Source: Candidatus Eiseniibacteriota bacterium
GTDB lineage: Bacteria > Eisenbacteria > RBG-16-71-46 > DASYSL01
DNA length: 49,238 bases
NCBI GenBank assembly: GCA_046598045.1
Contig: JBKJJJ010000081.1
Span: 1-49,238, forward strand
Direction of reading: 5' to 3'
Shown here one piece after another: positions 25,583-34,046 of this stretch. The position numbers and the translations under genes are program-made. Below the pieces are notes generated by a model. The model was not told the origin of the DNA. It worked only from the letters and a program-made list of their open reading frames with translations, and made no database searches. The stretch's first letter is position 1. Each line of letters opens with the position of its first letter.

Positions 25583-28500
25583 ATGCGCCCGTGGATGGTC
25601 GTGCTCCTGCTGGCTTCGACGCTGCTGCCCGTTCGCGCCGGGGCCGAGCGCATCCGGGACCGGGAAAACCCGATCCAAGCTTACCGGCGGTTCTACATCA
25701 CGCCGCGGGCGTTCCCGGACAGCGTGCTCTATCCCGCGCTCCGGGACAGCGCGTTGCGTTGGATCCTCGACCAGCCGAAGGTGAATTACGGCACAAGCGC
25801 CGTCGGTGGACCGCCGGTATGGAAGTCCGCCGGCCCGACGAACGTCGGCGGACGCGTCACCGCGATCGCGATCGATCCGACCGAGCGGATGCGCTGGTTC
25901 CTCGCCACGGTGGGAGGGATCTGGCGATCGACGGACGCCGGCGGATCCTGGCGGCGGGTTTCGGATCCGCCCGATCCCGCCGATCCGGCCGCGATCAAGA
26001 TCGGAGTCTTCAGCGCCGTGGTGGTCGTCCCGGGCAGCGGCGCGGTGATCGTCGCGGGCGGGGATCCGAATCGCTTCACGACCGATCGACGCGGCGGACC
26101 CGGACTCTGGCGTTCGTCCGCTCACGGGGACCCGGGAAGTTGGAGGCTCGAGCCGACGCCGGCCGAGCTTCAGGGCGCGGTCGTCTTCCGCCTGCGCGCC
26201 GCGGCTGCGGCCGATGAGGTCTATGCCGCCACTTCCGCGGGCCTCTTCTGGCGACACCACAGCGCCACCGGCGCCATCGTCTGGGAGCGCACGGTTCCAG
26301 AGTTCCAATCCCCCTGCACGGATGTCGTCATCGACGACCGTGCGTCGCCGCCGCGCCTGGTGGTGGGGTCCCATACCGGCCTGTATCGCGCGGCCGGCGT
26401 CTGGATCCGGGAATCCGGAGTATGGACGAACCGCTCGCCGTCATTCGGAAACCTCGTGGCGGGCCCGATTGCGCTCGCGCTTTCGCCTTCGAATCACGAC
26501 ATTTTGTATGCGCGCGTGAGCCAGCGGGGCCCGTCGAAGTGGAACGCACGGATGCTGGGTGTCTTCCGTAGCAACGATGGCGGCGTCACGTGGACGAACC
26601 GGACGCCGCAGACGCCGATGGACGCCCAACTCGATGCTCGCGCTTCCGCCTGCGGGGTCGAGGACAACGTGCCGCTGTGGTCCGCGGACGGCGACGACCC
26701 GCCTTACGCGGGCTACAATAGCGTGATCGAAGTCGATCCCGCCGAACCAGACCTCGTCTACTGCGGGAGCAAGCAGTTGCTTCGCTCCGACGACGGAGGA
26801 AACAACTGGTGTGTCTTGCTCCGCAGCGCCGAACCTGGGTTCCGCGACGACGCGGCGGACAACGCGTCCTGGGACATGCGCAATGCCTTCGCGCACGACG
26901 ACGTGCACGCGATCGCCTTCGACGCGACGAGCGGGCGCCGCGTCCTCGTCGGAGATGACGGCGGCCTGCACGGTCTCGAGGGTGACTTCGTCCCGGGCAG
27001 TCCCGGGCTCGCCCAGTTCTTCTGGACGAACCTGGCCCACGGCCTCGACATCACCGAGTTCTATCGCCTGACCACCCAGCCCGGAAAAGCCCCCGTTCTC
27101 GCTGGCGGAACCCAGGACAACGGCGGGCTGATCACGTTCGGAAATCGCACCTGGTACAGGGGCTACCCCTGCGATGTCGGCGACCTCGCCGTGGACGCCG
27201 AGGGCGGCGGGACCTTCTATGGCTACTGCAACCTGGATGGCGACGACCGGCCGTACGCACTCGCGGTCTACCCGAGCCTGGTCCCGGGTTCCGCCGCCCG
27301 GAACACGGTGCTGCCTACGACCATGGACGTGTTCTCGCCGATCTCGGCCAGCCGCGAGAACAGGCATCACGCGCTCGCCCAGGTGCGGAATGCCAATCCC
27401 GGGCCCAAGCTGTACTTCACCGTGAACGGCAAGGACTGGAATCCGGAGCCACATGGCGATCTTCCGGCGGGCACGGAGTTGACCGCGGTCGCGCGCACCC
27501 GCGTTGCGGCGGGCGAGGGGTTCTACGCTGCGTACGCCGACGATCCGCTGTCGGGCGGCAGCGTTCATTCGGCGGTCCTCAGCTTTCCCAATCCGACGGG
27601 AACTCCGACCACGAACACTCTGCCCAACTTCCGCCCAAACGCGATCGCGGTCGATCCGCGCGATCCGGCCCGGGCCGTGATCGCCATGAACGGCTCGCAG
27701 GGCGCAGGCAACATTGTCTTCACGAAGGACTTCGGGACGACCTGGCACGTCTTCACGATCCGGTCGCCGGCCACGGGAGTGGCGTGGGACCCGCTCGATC
27801 CGACGATAATCTACGTCGCGACCGATGTCGGGGTCCTGCGTGGCGTGATCACGAACTCGCCCGTTGCCCTGGCCTTATTCCAGTTCAATGAAGGCCTGCC
27901 GGGGCCGCTCAGCGTGAACGACATCGTCGCCTCCGACACCGGAGTTCTCACGATCGGCACGATGGGATACGGCGCCTGGCAATTCGATCTCGGGCCGGAG
28001 GCCATCCACCAGGATGTTGCCCTGTGCGTGCGCGACGACGTGTACGACCGCGGAGCCCCGTTCGTGTTCGGCGCCAAGGATCCCGAGCACCCGGTCGAGG
28101 ATCCCGTGGACAACGACTTCTACGTTGCGGGGTCCGATGTCGAGTTCTGGAACTCCACGGACATTCGCGTGGACACGCCGGCGCTGGCCGAGCCCAAGAA
28201 CCGTGTCGACAAGGTCGATCATGTCGCGTTCGAATCGACTCCGACCGAACTCGCGGACGGCTTCCCCGGCACGATCGTGGACCGGTTGCCGACGCCGGGC
28301 TCGGACGCGCGCATTTTTGTTCAGGTCACGAACCTGGGGACGCGCCCGGCGCATGACGTGCGCGTGTTCGCGATGTGGCGCGATGCCTACGTTGGCAATC
28401 CGGAGCTTCCCGCGGATTTCTGGTCGACCACGCTTCCGCCCCCGGGCAGCCCGTGCGGGCCCATGGCGCCTACCTCCGCCTGGCACACGTTCTCGAACGA

Positions 28501-29239
28501 TCCCGCGATGAGTCCGTCCCCGAACGTGGAATGCGTCATGCTGCCCGAAGTCCGCCCGGAGATGCCGGAGGTCGCCACGTTCTACTGGCACGTTCCCCCG
28601 TCGGGTTCCAACCACTACTGCGTCATGGCCATCGCCGAGAATCCGGAGGACGTGATCGATGCGTCTGCGCGCTCCCGCACCGACACTGGCTGGCTGATCC
28701 GCAACGTCCGGCAGATCGCGCAGCGGAACCTGGTCCTCGTCGATAACCTCCAGGCACAGGCCTGGCATCTGGAAACGCTGTTCCTGCCCGACCTCCGCCA
28801 GCCCGACGACGAATTCGCCCTGCGGTTCGTCCGTGCGGGGCTCCCCTCAAACTTCACGTTCTCCGTAGTTCTTCCCAAGGGAACGCACAAGCGCCTTCAT
28901 GGCGTCCACGAAGCTCCGTTCACGCTCGGCAAGAAAGGGTTGTTCGAGCGCAGGGCACTCCACCTCGACTATTCGACCCAGTTCGTCGCGGACAGCCTGA
29001 GCGGCAGCATCGAGGGCATCGAGCTCGACAAGAAGGCGCCCCGCAAGATGCTCGTCGCTTACCGGAGCAGCGAACCGCTGCGCGCGGGAACCCGGCGGTT
29101 CACGATCGCGTCGGAGCGCGACGGCGCCGTCCTCGGGGGAGCGACCTGGATGTTCCGGAGTTCGGATCGACGGAAAGCCACGCCGGTTCCGCCCAAGGGC
29201 AAGGGGAAAGGCGCGGGAAAGGGCCGGGGGAAGGGCTAG
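25583..29239 (+). CDS. Large secreted BNR/Asp-box beta-propeller protein (VPS10/YCF48-like) with uncharacterised C-terminal beta-sandwich domains
   Basis: Signal peptide; 'W...GPTNVGGRVTAIAIDP', repeated SxDxGxxW boxes, 'GDDGG', 'GGTQDNG', 'GTMGYGAW'; C-terminal 'RD..YDRG...WNSTDI...VQVTNLG...HYC...AQRNL'; Lys/Gly tail. Confidence 0.8.
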   Translation: MRPWMVVLLLASTLLPVRAGAERIRDRENPIQAYRRFYITPRAFPDSVLYPALRDSALRWILDQPKVNYGTSAVGGPPVWKSAGPTNVGGRVTAIAIDPTERMRWFLATVGGIWRSTDAGGSWRRVSDPPDPADPAAIKIGVFSAVVVVPGSGAVIVAGGDPNRFTTDRRGGPGLWRSSAHGDPGSWRLEPTPAELQGAVVFRLRAAAAADEVYAATSAGLFWRHHSATGAIVWERTVPEFQSPCTDVVIDDRASPPRLVVGSHTGLYRAAGVWIRESGVWTNRSPSFGNLVAGPIALALSPSNHDILYARVSQRGPSKWNARMLGVFRSNDGGVTWTNRTPQTPMDAQLDARASACGVEDNVPLWSADGDDPPYAGYNSVIEVDPAEPDLVYCGSKQLLRSDDGGNNWCVLLRSAEPGFRDDAADNASWDMRNAFAHDDVHAIAFDATSGRRVLVGDDGGLHGLEGDFVPGSPGLAQFFWTNLAHGLDITEFYRLTTQPGKAPVLAGGTQDNGGLITFGNRTWYRGYPCDVGDLAVDAEGGGTFYGYCNLDGDDRPYALAVYPSLVPGSAARNTVLPTTMDVFSPISASRENRHHALAQVRNANPGPKLYFTVNGKDWNPEPHGDLPAGTELTAVARTRVAAGEGFYAAYADDPLSGGSVHSAVLSFPNPTGTPTTNTLPNFRPNAIAVDPRDPARAVIAMNGSQGAGNIVFTKDFGTTWHVFTIRSPATGVAWDPLDPTIIYVATDVGVLRGVITNSPVALALFQFNEGLPGPLSVNDIVASDTGVLTIGTMGYGAWQFDLGPEAIHQDVALCVRDDVYDRGAPFVFGAKDPEHPVEDPVDNDFYVAGSDVEFWNSTDIRVDTPALAEPKNRVDKVDHVAFESTPTELADGFPGTIVDRLPTPGSDARIFVQVTNLGTRPAHDVRVFAMWRDAYVGNPELPADFWSTTLPPPGSPCGPMAPTSAWHTFSNDPAMSPSPNVECVMLPEVRPEMPEVATFYWHVPPSGSNHYCVMAIAENPEDVIDASARSRTDTGWLIRNVRQIAQRNLVLVDNLQAQAWHLETLFLPDLRQPDDEFALRFVRAGLPSNFTFSVVLPKGTHKRLHGVHEAPFTLGKKGLFERRALHLDYSTQFVADSLSGSIEGIELDKKAPRKMLVAYRSSEPLRAGTRRFTIASERDGAVLGGATWMFRSSDRRKATPVPPKGKGKGAGKGRGKG

Positions 29240-29295
29240 CTAGCCCGCATCCTTACGAGCACGACCGCCCTTCGCCGTTCCGCGTAGGCGGGGAG

Positions 29296-31065
29296 TCAGC
29301 GCCCCAGGCGCACCAGCCGCGTGACCGCCCGTTCCCCCGCGCCGTCGAGCACCGCGAAGTAGAGCCCGACCGGCGCGTCCCGCCCGGCGTCGTCCCGGCC
29401 GTCCCACGAGAGCGTGTGCGCGCCGGGGGTCTCGTCGCCGTCGGCGAGCATCCGCACCTGACGGCCGGCGGCGTCGACCACGGCGAGGCGCACGCGCGCG
29501 GCGCGCGGCAGCGCATACGAGAGCGACGTGCTCCCCGCGAACGGCGTCGGCCGCGCCGGGGCGAGCCGCAACCCGCCCGCACCCGCGAGCACGTCCGGCC
29601 CGACCGCGAGCGTGGTCACGAGCGCGGTGTGGGCGTTGACCTTCCGGCCGATCGGGTGGTCGTAGAGGATCGCGTCGCCGGTCGCGGTGACGTGATTGAT
29701 CACGCCGATTGCGCTCGCGGTCGGGAAGTGCGCGCGCACCAGCGCGCACACGCCCGCGGCCAGGGGGCACGCGAACGACGTGCCATCCGCGAACATGTAG
29801 GGCCGGACGCCGTCCCAGCCGAAGTAGAACTCGTAGATGATCTGGCTCGTGTCGTCGATCGGGTAGTTGCGGCAGATCGGTCCCCAGATCGTCTCGCCCG
29901 GCGCGGCGACGTCGACCCACGGTCCCCAGTTGGAGAACGTCGAGCTGGTGTTGTTCTGCGAGCACGAGCCCACGGCGAGCACGCCGTTGCACGCCGCCGG
30001 GATCACGATCACCGAACTACCCTCGTTCCCCGCGGAGGCGACGCACGCCACGTTCGCGGCGACCGCCTGGTCCATCAGCGCCTGGAAGAACGCCTGGTCG
30101 GCGGAGTCGGGATTGGCCTTGCCCAGGCTCATGTTGAGCACGCCGATATGCTTCGCGGCCGCGTAGAGAACCCCCGCCCCGGCCGCTGAGAACAGCAACT
30201 GGCCTGCCGAATTCGCGGCCTTGAGCGGCATGATCGTCGAGTTCCAACCCGCGCCGGCGATGCCCTCGCTGTTGTTCGTCGCCGCCGCGGCGACGCCCGC
30301 CACCATCGTGCCGTGGAAGCCTTCGTCGATGCCGGACGGGTCGAACATCGGGCCGGGGTTGGGATCGGCGTCGCCGTCGCCAAAGTCCCAGCCGTGCAGG
30401 TCGTCGATGTAGCCGTTGCCGTCGTCGTCGATCCCGTTCGCGGGAATCTCGCCGGGGTTCGTCCAGATCTTGCTCGCGAGGTCGGGATGCCCGAGGTCCA
30501 CGCCGGTGTCGAGGATGCCGATCACGACCGACGCCGACCCGTGCTCGAGATCCCAGCCCTCGGGGAGGTGGATGTCGCCGGGGCTGTCGACGTACCACTG
30601 GTAGGGGACGTCGGGATCGTTCGGGATGGTGGACGCGAGCTTGAGGCTCCTGTCGACCGTGGCGGCGATGACCTCGCGTGCGGCGACGAGCTGGCGCGCG
30701 GCCGCGCGCGCCAGGGCCGGGTCGAGAATGCCCGCGCTTGAAGACAGGAGGACGAGGCGCACTGCCGGCCCGCCCGCCGAGGTCTCGGGCCCGAGCGCCG
30801 CGATCTTGTCGAGGCCGAGGGACGCCATCGCGCCCGAGAGGCGAGCGTCCGCGACCATGACTCGAGGGCTCGAGGAAGCGATTCCGCCGACGCCTTCCGC
30901 CGGCAGCGACTGCACGCGGTCGGCGGCGACGAGCGCGACCACGTCGCCAATGCGGGCGGCGGCGGGTTGTGAGGCGATCGCGAGCAGGAGGGACACGGAC
31001 ACGAAGCCACGAAGCACCGCAAGAGCGCCGATGCCATCGGGGTGGATCGAGGAGTCGGGCGCCAT
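29296..31065 (-). CDS. Secreted S8 (subtilisin-like) serine peptidase with C-terminal FlgD-Ig domain
   Basis: Triad ILDTG / HGTMVAG / GTSFACP, oxyanion SAGN; tail 'PTPF...DAAGRQVR...WDGRDDAG...GLYF'. Confidence 0.92.
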   Translation of the reverse strand: MAPDSSIHPDGIGALAVLRGFVSVSLLLAIASQPAAARIGDVVALVAADRVQSLPAEGVGGIASSSPRVMVADARLSGAMASLGLDKIAALGPETSAGGPAVRLVLLSSSAGILDPALARAAARQLVAAREVIAATVDRSLKLASTIPNDPDVPYQWYVDSPGDIHLPEGWDLEHGSASVVIGILDTGVDLGHPDLASKIWTNPGEIPANGIDDDGNGYIDDLHGWDFGDGDADPNPGPMFDPSGIDEGFHGTMVAGVAAAATNNSEGIAGAGWNSTIMPLKAANSAGQLLFSAAGAGVLYAAAKHIGVLNMSLGKANPDSADQAFFQALMDQAVAANVACVASAGNEGSSVIVIPAACNGVLAVGSCSQNNTSSTFSNWGPWVDVAAPGETIWGPICRNYPIDDTSQIIYEFYFGWDGVRPYMFADGTSFACPLAAGVCALVRAHFPTASAIGVINHVTATGDAILYDHPIGRKVNAHTALVTTLAVGPDVLAGAGGLRLAPARPTPFAGSTSLSYALPRAARVRLAVVDAAGRQVRMLADGDETPGAHTLSWDGRDDAGRDAPVGLYFAVLDGAGERAVTRLVRLGR

Positions 31066-31155
31066 GGCTGGCCTCCATCGCCTGGGAGAACGCGCTCGGC
31101 GCCGCCGGGCTACCGGCCGCGCGCGCTGATCATCAAGGGTACCACCGGGGCCGCG

Positions 31156-32118
31156 TCATTGCCCGCTCCGAGGGGTGGATTTCTCCTCCAGGACCCGTTG
31201 TATTTTGCCCTCCCGGGCGGCTTCGGCGGCTAAGTCGAAGTCGTTCAACACGCGGGACACGTCCCGGGCCCGCGCGGCCGGGTCGAGACTCAGTAGTCCG
31301 CAGACCTTGGCCATGCAAACCGGGCAGAGTTCCAGCGGGCGCGCGTCGGATTCAGGGAGGCTGTTGCTGCCGTTCATCAGGCACTCGTAGGCGATGCAGT
31401 GCGGAAGCACCAGAAGGTGGCCCATCTCGTGCGCGGCCGTGTGCAGTGTGCGTGTCAGCAGCAGGTCCTTCCCGGAAGGATCTCGCGGGTCGTCGAAGCG
31501 GGCCATGGACCACACGCCGACGCCTTCGCTTGGTAACGCCTGTCCGAACACGAAATTCCAGTCCTGCTCCGGATAGAGATCCAACGTGCTCAACGCGACG
31601 TACGCGAAGGCGTCCGGTGGCCGCGACGCCACGAGCATGGAATCCAGCACGTAACGCGATTGGACTTGAAGGCCGAAACCACGCGTGGCCCGGCGAGCCC
31701 GTGATGGGATGGACGCGAGCTCGAGGTCGGGCCCGAATCGAGTCGGGATGCCGTAGAACGTCTCGAGGTAGATCGCGGTCAGGGCGAGGACACGTCGTTG
31801 TTCCGCGCCGGGCGTGCCCAAGCGCGCGAGCACGAGATCCGCCCGCGTACCCGTGGGGCGCCGTGGCGGGGCCGCCCGAAACTCTGCGAGTGATTGTCCA
31901 TGCTCCTCGTGCATGCCGAGCCAATCGCCCGGCGCGGGCGCCGCCTTGGGCAGGGCCATCGCGGTAAGCAGCGAGTAGGGAGCGGGCAGGACCTCGGCCC
32001 GGAGGCCGGTAGCCCGGTCGACTGGCCGTGGAGGCGGCGCCGATCGCGTGCACGCCATGATCGGGAGAATCGAGGCGCAGACCGCGAAGCGAACGAGACG
32101 TGGAAGGGCGATGCGCAT
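31156..32118 (-). CDS. Archaemetzincin (peptidase M54) family Zn protease, possible lipoprotein
   Basis: 'DLYP..DWNFVFGQA...GVWS.AR', 'HEMGH...LPHC...CLMNGSNSL.ESD.RPL.LCPVC..K'; IMAC lipobox-like motif. Confidence 0.88.
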   Translation of the reverse strand: MRIALPRLVRFAVCASILPIMACTRSAPPPRPVDRATGLRAEVLPAPYSLLTAMALPKAAPAPGDWLGMHEEHGQSLAEFRAAPPRRPTGTRADLVLARLGTPGAEQRRVLALTAIYLETFYGIPTRFGPDLELASIPSRARRATRGFGLQVQSRYVLDSMLVASRPPDAFAYVALSTLDLYPEQDWNFVFGQALPSEGVGVWSMARFDDPRDPSGKDLLLTRTLHTAAHEMGHLLVLPHCIAYECLMNGSNSLPESDARPLELCPVCMAKVCGLLSLDPAARARDVSRVLNDFDLAAEAAREGKIQRVLEEKSTPRSGQ

Positions 32119-32248
32119 CTGGACTCCTCCGTCGCCCGGTCAAGTCGGGGAGATGGCCCGAGGCAAGGATCATGGCACGACATGGCTCCGGTTACACGCT
32201 TCGAGATCGAGTTTCGCAAGCCTTCCCTGTGTGCGACAATGCCGCCCT

Positions 32249-33520
32249 GTGTCCGCCCACTTTGCCGCGCTCCGCCATCGCAATTACCGCCTGATCTGGA
32301 TCGGCCAGGGAGTCTCGTTCTCCGGCTCGATGATGCAGTCGGCGGCGCTCCTCTGGCACGTCTCGCTCCTGGTGCCCGCCGGGCAGAAGGGCCTCGCGCT
32401 CGGCCTCGTGGGCCTCTCGCGCGTGGTGCCGATCGTCGTGTTCTCGCTCATCAGCGGCGTGATCGCCGACGCGGTCGATCGCCGACGCCTCATGCTCGTG
32501 ACCCAGACCGCGATGGCGGCGGTCGCGGTCGCGCTCGCGGTCTACGCGTTCCGGGGCGGGGCCCATGTCTGGCCGCTCTACGCGCTCTCGGCGCTCGGTG
32601 CGGCGGCGGGGGCGTTCGACGGCCCGGCCCGCCAGTCGCTCGTGCCCACGCTCGTCCCGCGTGAGGACCTGCCGAACGCGATCAGCCTCAACACGATCAT
32701 GTTCCAGGTCGCGGCCGTGCTCGGGCCGTCGATCGCCGGCGTGCTGATCGCGACGCTCAGCGTGGGCTGGGTCTATGCGCTCAACGCGGTGTCGTTCCTC
32801 GCGGTGATCGTCGCGCTGCTCGCGATGCGCGGTCTGCCTGAGACCGCGGCGCACGAACGTGGCGAGGTCAGCCTCGCGGCCGCCGCCGAGGGGCTCAAGT
32901 TCGTGTTCCGGCAGCCGCTTATCCGCTCGACCATGCTGCTCGACTTCTTCGCGACGTTCTTCTCCTCCGCCACCGCGCTCCTGCCGATCTTCGCGCAGGA
33001 CATCCTGAAGGTCGGCGCGACGGGCTACGGCTGGCTGTACGCGGCGCCGTCGGTGGGGGCGATGCTGGCGGGAGCGGTCATGGTGCGCACGGCCGAGGGC
33101 ATCGTGCACCGCGGGCGCGTGCTGCTGGTCGGCGTCGGCGTCTACGGCCTGGCGACGGTCGTGTTCGGCTGGTCGCACGTGTTCTGGCTGACGTTCCTCT
33201 GCCTGGCGGTCACGGGCGCCGCGGACACGGTGTCCATGGTCCTGCGCAATGTCATCCGCCAACTCGCCACGCCCGATCGCATGCGCGGCCGCATGACGAG
33301 CGTCAACATGGTGTTCTTCATGGGCGGTCCGCAACTGGGCGAACTCGAGGCCGGGCTCGTGGCGCAGATGTGGTCGGCCCCGATCTCGGTGGTCACCGGC
33401 GGCATCGGCTGCCTGGTCGCGACCGCAATCACTGCGTGGCGCACGCCGGACCTGAGGCGCTACCGCCGCGACGAGGCGCCGGTGCTCGCGGGCGAATCCT
33501 CGAAGGCCGCGGCTTCCTAG
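32249..33520 (+). CDS. MFS transporter (EntS/MFS_3-like exporter)
   Basis: 'ALRHRNYRLIWIGQ.VS', 'G.IAD.VDRRR', about 12 hydrophobic helices, 'Q..TPDRMRGR'. GTG 32249 lies 8 nt after tgcGACAAT (possibly leaderless). Confidence 0.9.
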   Translation: MSAHFAALRHRNYRLIWIGQGVSFSGSMMQSAALLWHVSLLVPAGQKGLALGLVGLSRVVPIVVFSLISGVIADAVDRRRLMLVTQTAMAAVAVALAVYAFRGGAHVWPLYALSALGAAAGAFDGPARQSLVPTLVPREDLPNAISLNTIMFQVAAVLGPSIAGVLIATLSVGWVYALNAVSFLAVIVALLAMRGLPETAAHERGEVSLAAAAEGLKFVFRQPLIRSTMLLDFFATFFSSATALLPIFAQDILKVGATGYGWLYAAPSVGAMLAGAVMVRTAEGIVHRGRVLLVGVGVYGLATVVFGWSHVFWLTFLCLAVTGAADTVSMVLRNVIRQLATPDRMRGRMTSVNMVFFMGGPQLGELEAGLVAQMWSAPISVVTGGIGCLVATAITAWRTPDLRRYRRDEAPVLAGESSKAAAS

Positions 33521-34041
33521 CCGGCAGGCGTGCGGCGGGCCGCGAGCAGCAGGGCGGCCATGCTCTTCGCGTCCTGGATCTCGCCGCGCTCGACGCGCGC
33601 GACGGCTTCCGAGAACGGCATGCGGATCACCGTGAGGTCCTCGTCGGGCTCGGTCGCCGACGCAGTCGGGACGAGGTCGTAGCCGGCGTAGAGGTGGATG
33701 ATCTCGTCGGTGAAGCCCGGGGTGGTCAGGATCGCGCCGAGCTTCTCGAGCCGGCCGACCCGGTGCCCGACCTCCTCCTCGGTCTCGCGGCGCGCGCACG
33801 CCTCGGGCGCCTCGCCCGGGTCGAGCTTGCCGGCCGGGATCTCGAACAGGTAACCCCCGGCAGCGTGGCGATACTGGCGCACCAGGAGGATGGTGCCGTC
33901 CCCGAGGAACGGCACCACGGCCGCGGCGCCCGGGTGATGGATCACCTCGAGCGCCGTGGTGTGGCCGTTCGGCAGGGTGACCGTCTCGACGAAGAGATGG
34001 ACGACCTTGCCCTTGTAGATCTCGCGCTTCGAATCCGCCAT
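33517..34041 (-). CDS. nudF: Nudix hydrolase, ADP-ribose pyrophosphatase-like
   Basis: 'HPGAAAV', 'LVRQYR', Nudix box 'EIPAGKLDPGE.PE.CARRETEEEVG', 'PGFTDE', 'IQDAKS'; ATG at 34041. Confidence 0.85.
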   Translation of the reverse strand: MADSKREIYKGKVVHLFVETVTLPNGHTTALEVIHHPGAAAVVPFLGDGTILLVRQYRHAAGGYLFEIPAGKLDPGEAPEACARRETEEEVGHRVGRLEKLGAILTTPGFTDEIIHLYAGYDLVPTASATEPDEDLTVIRMPFSEAVARVERGEIQDAKSMAALLLAARRTPAG

Positions 34042-34046
34042 AGAGC

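Noticed and set aside
32173..32188. TGGCACG as a sigma54 promoter for the MFS gene
   Set aside because: GG to GC spacing is 9 rather than the required 10.
22222..32200. tRNA-Glu-anchored genomic island or prophage
   Set aside because: No integrase, transposase or phage gene, and I found no duplicated tRNA 3' end. An old island cannot be excluded.
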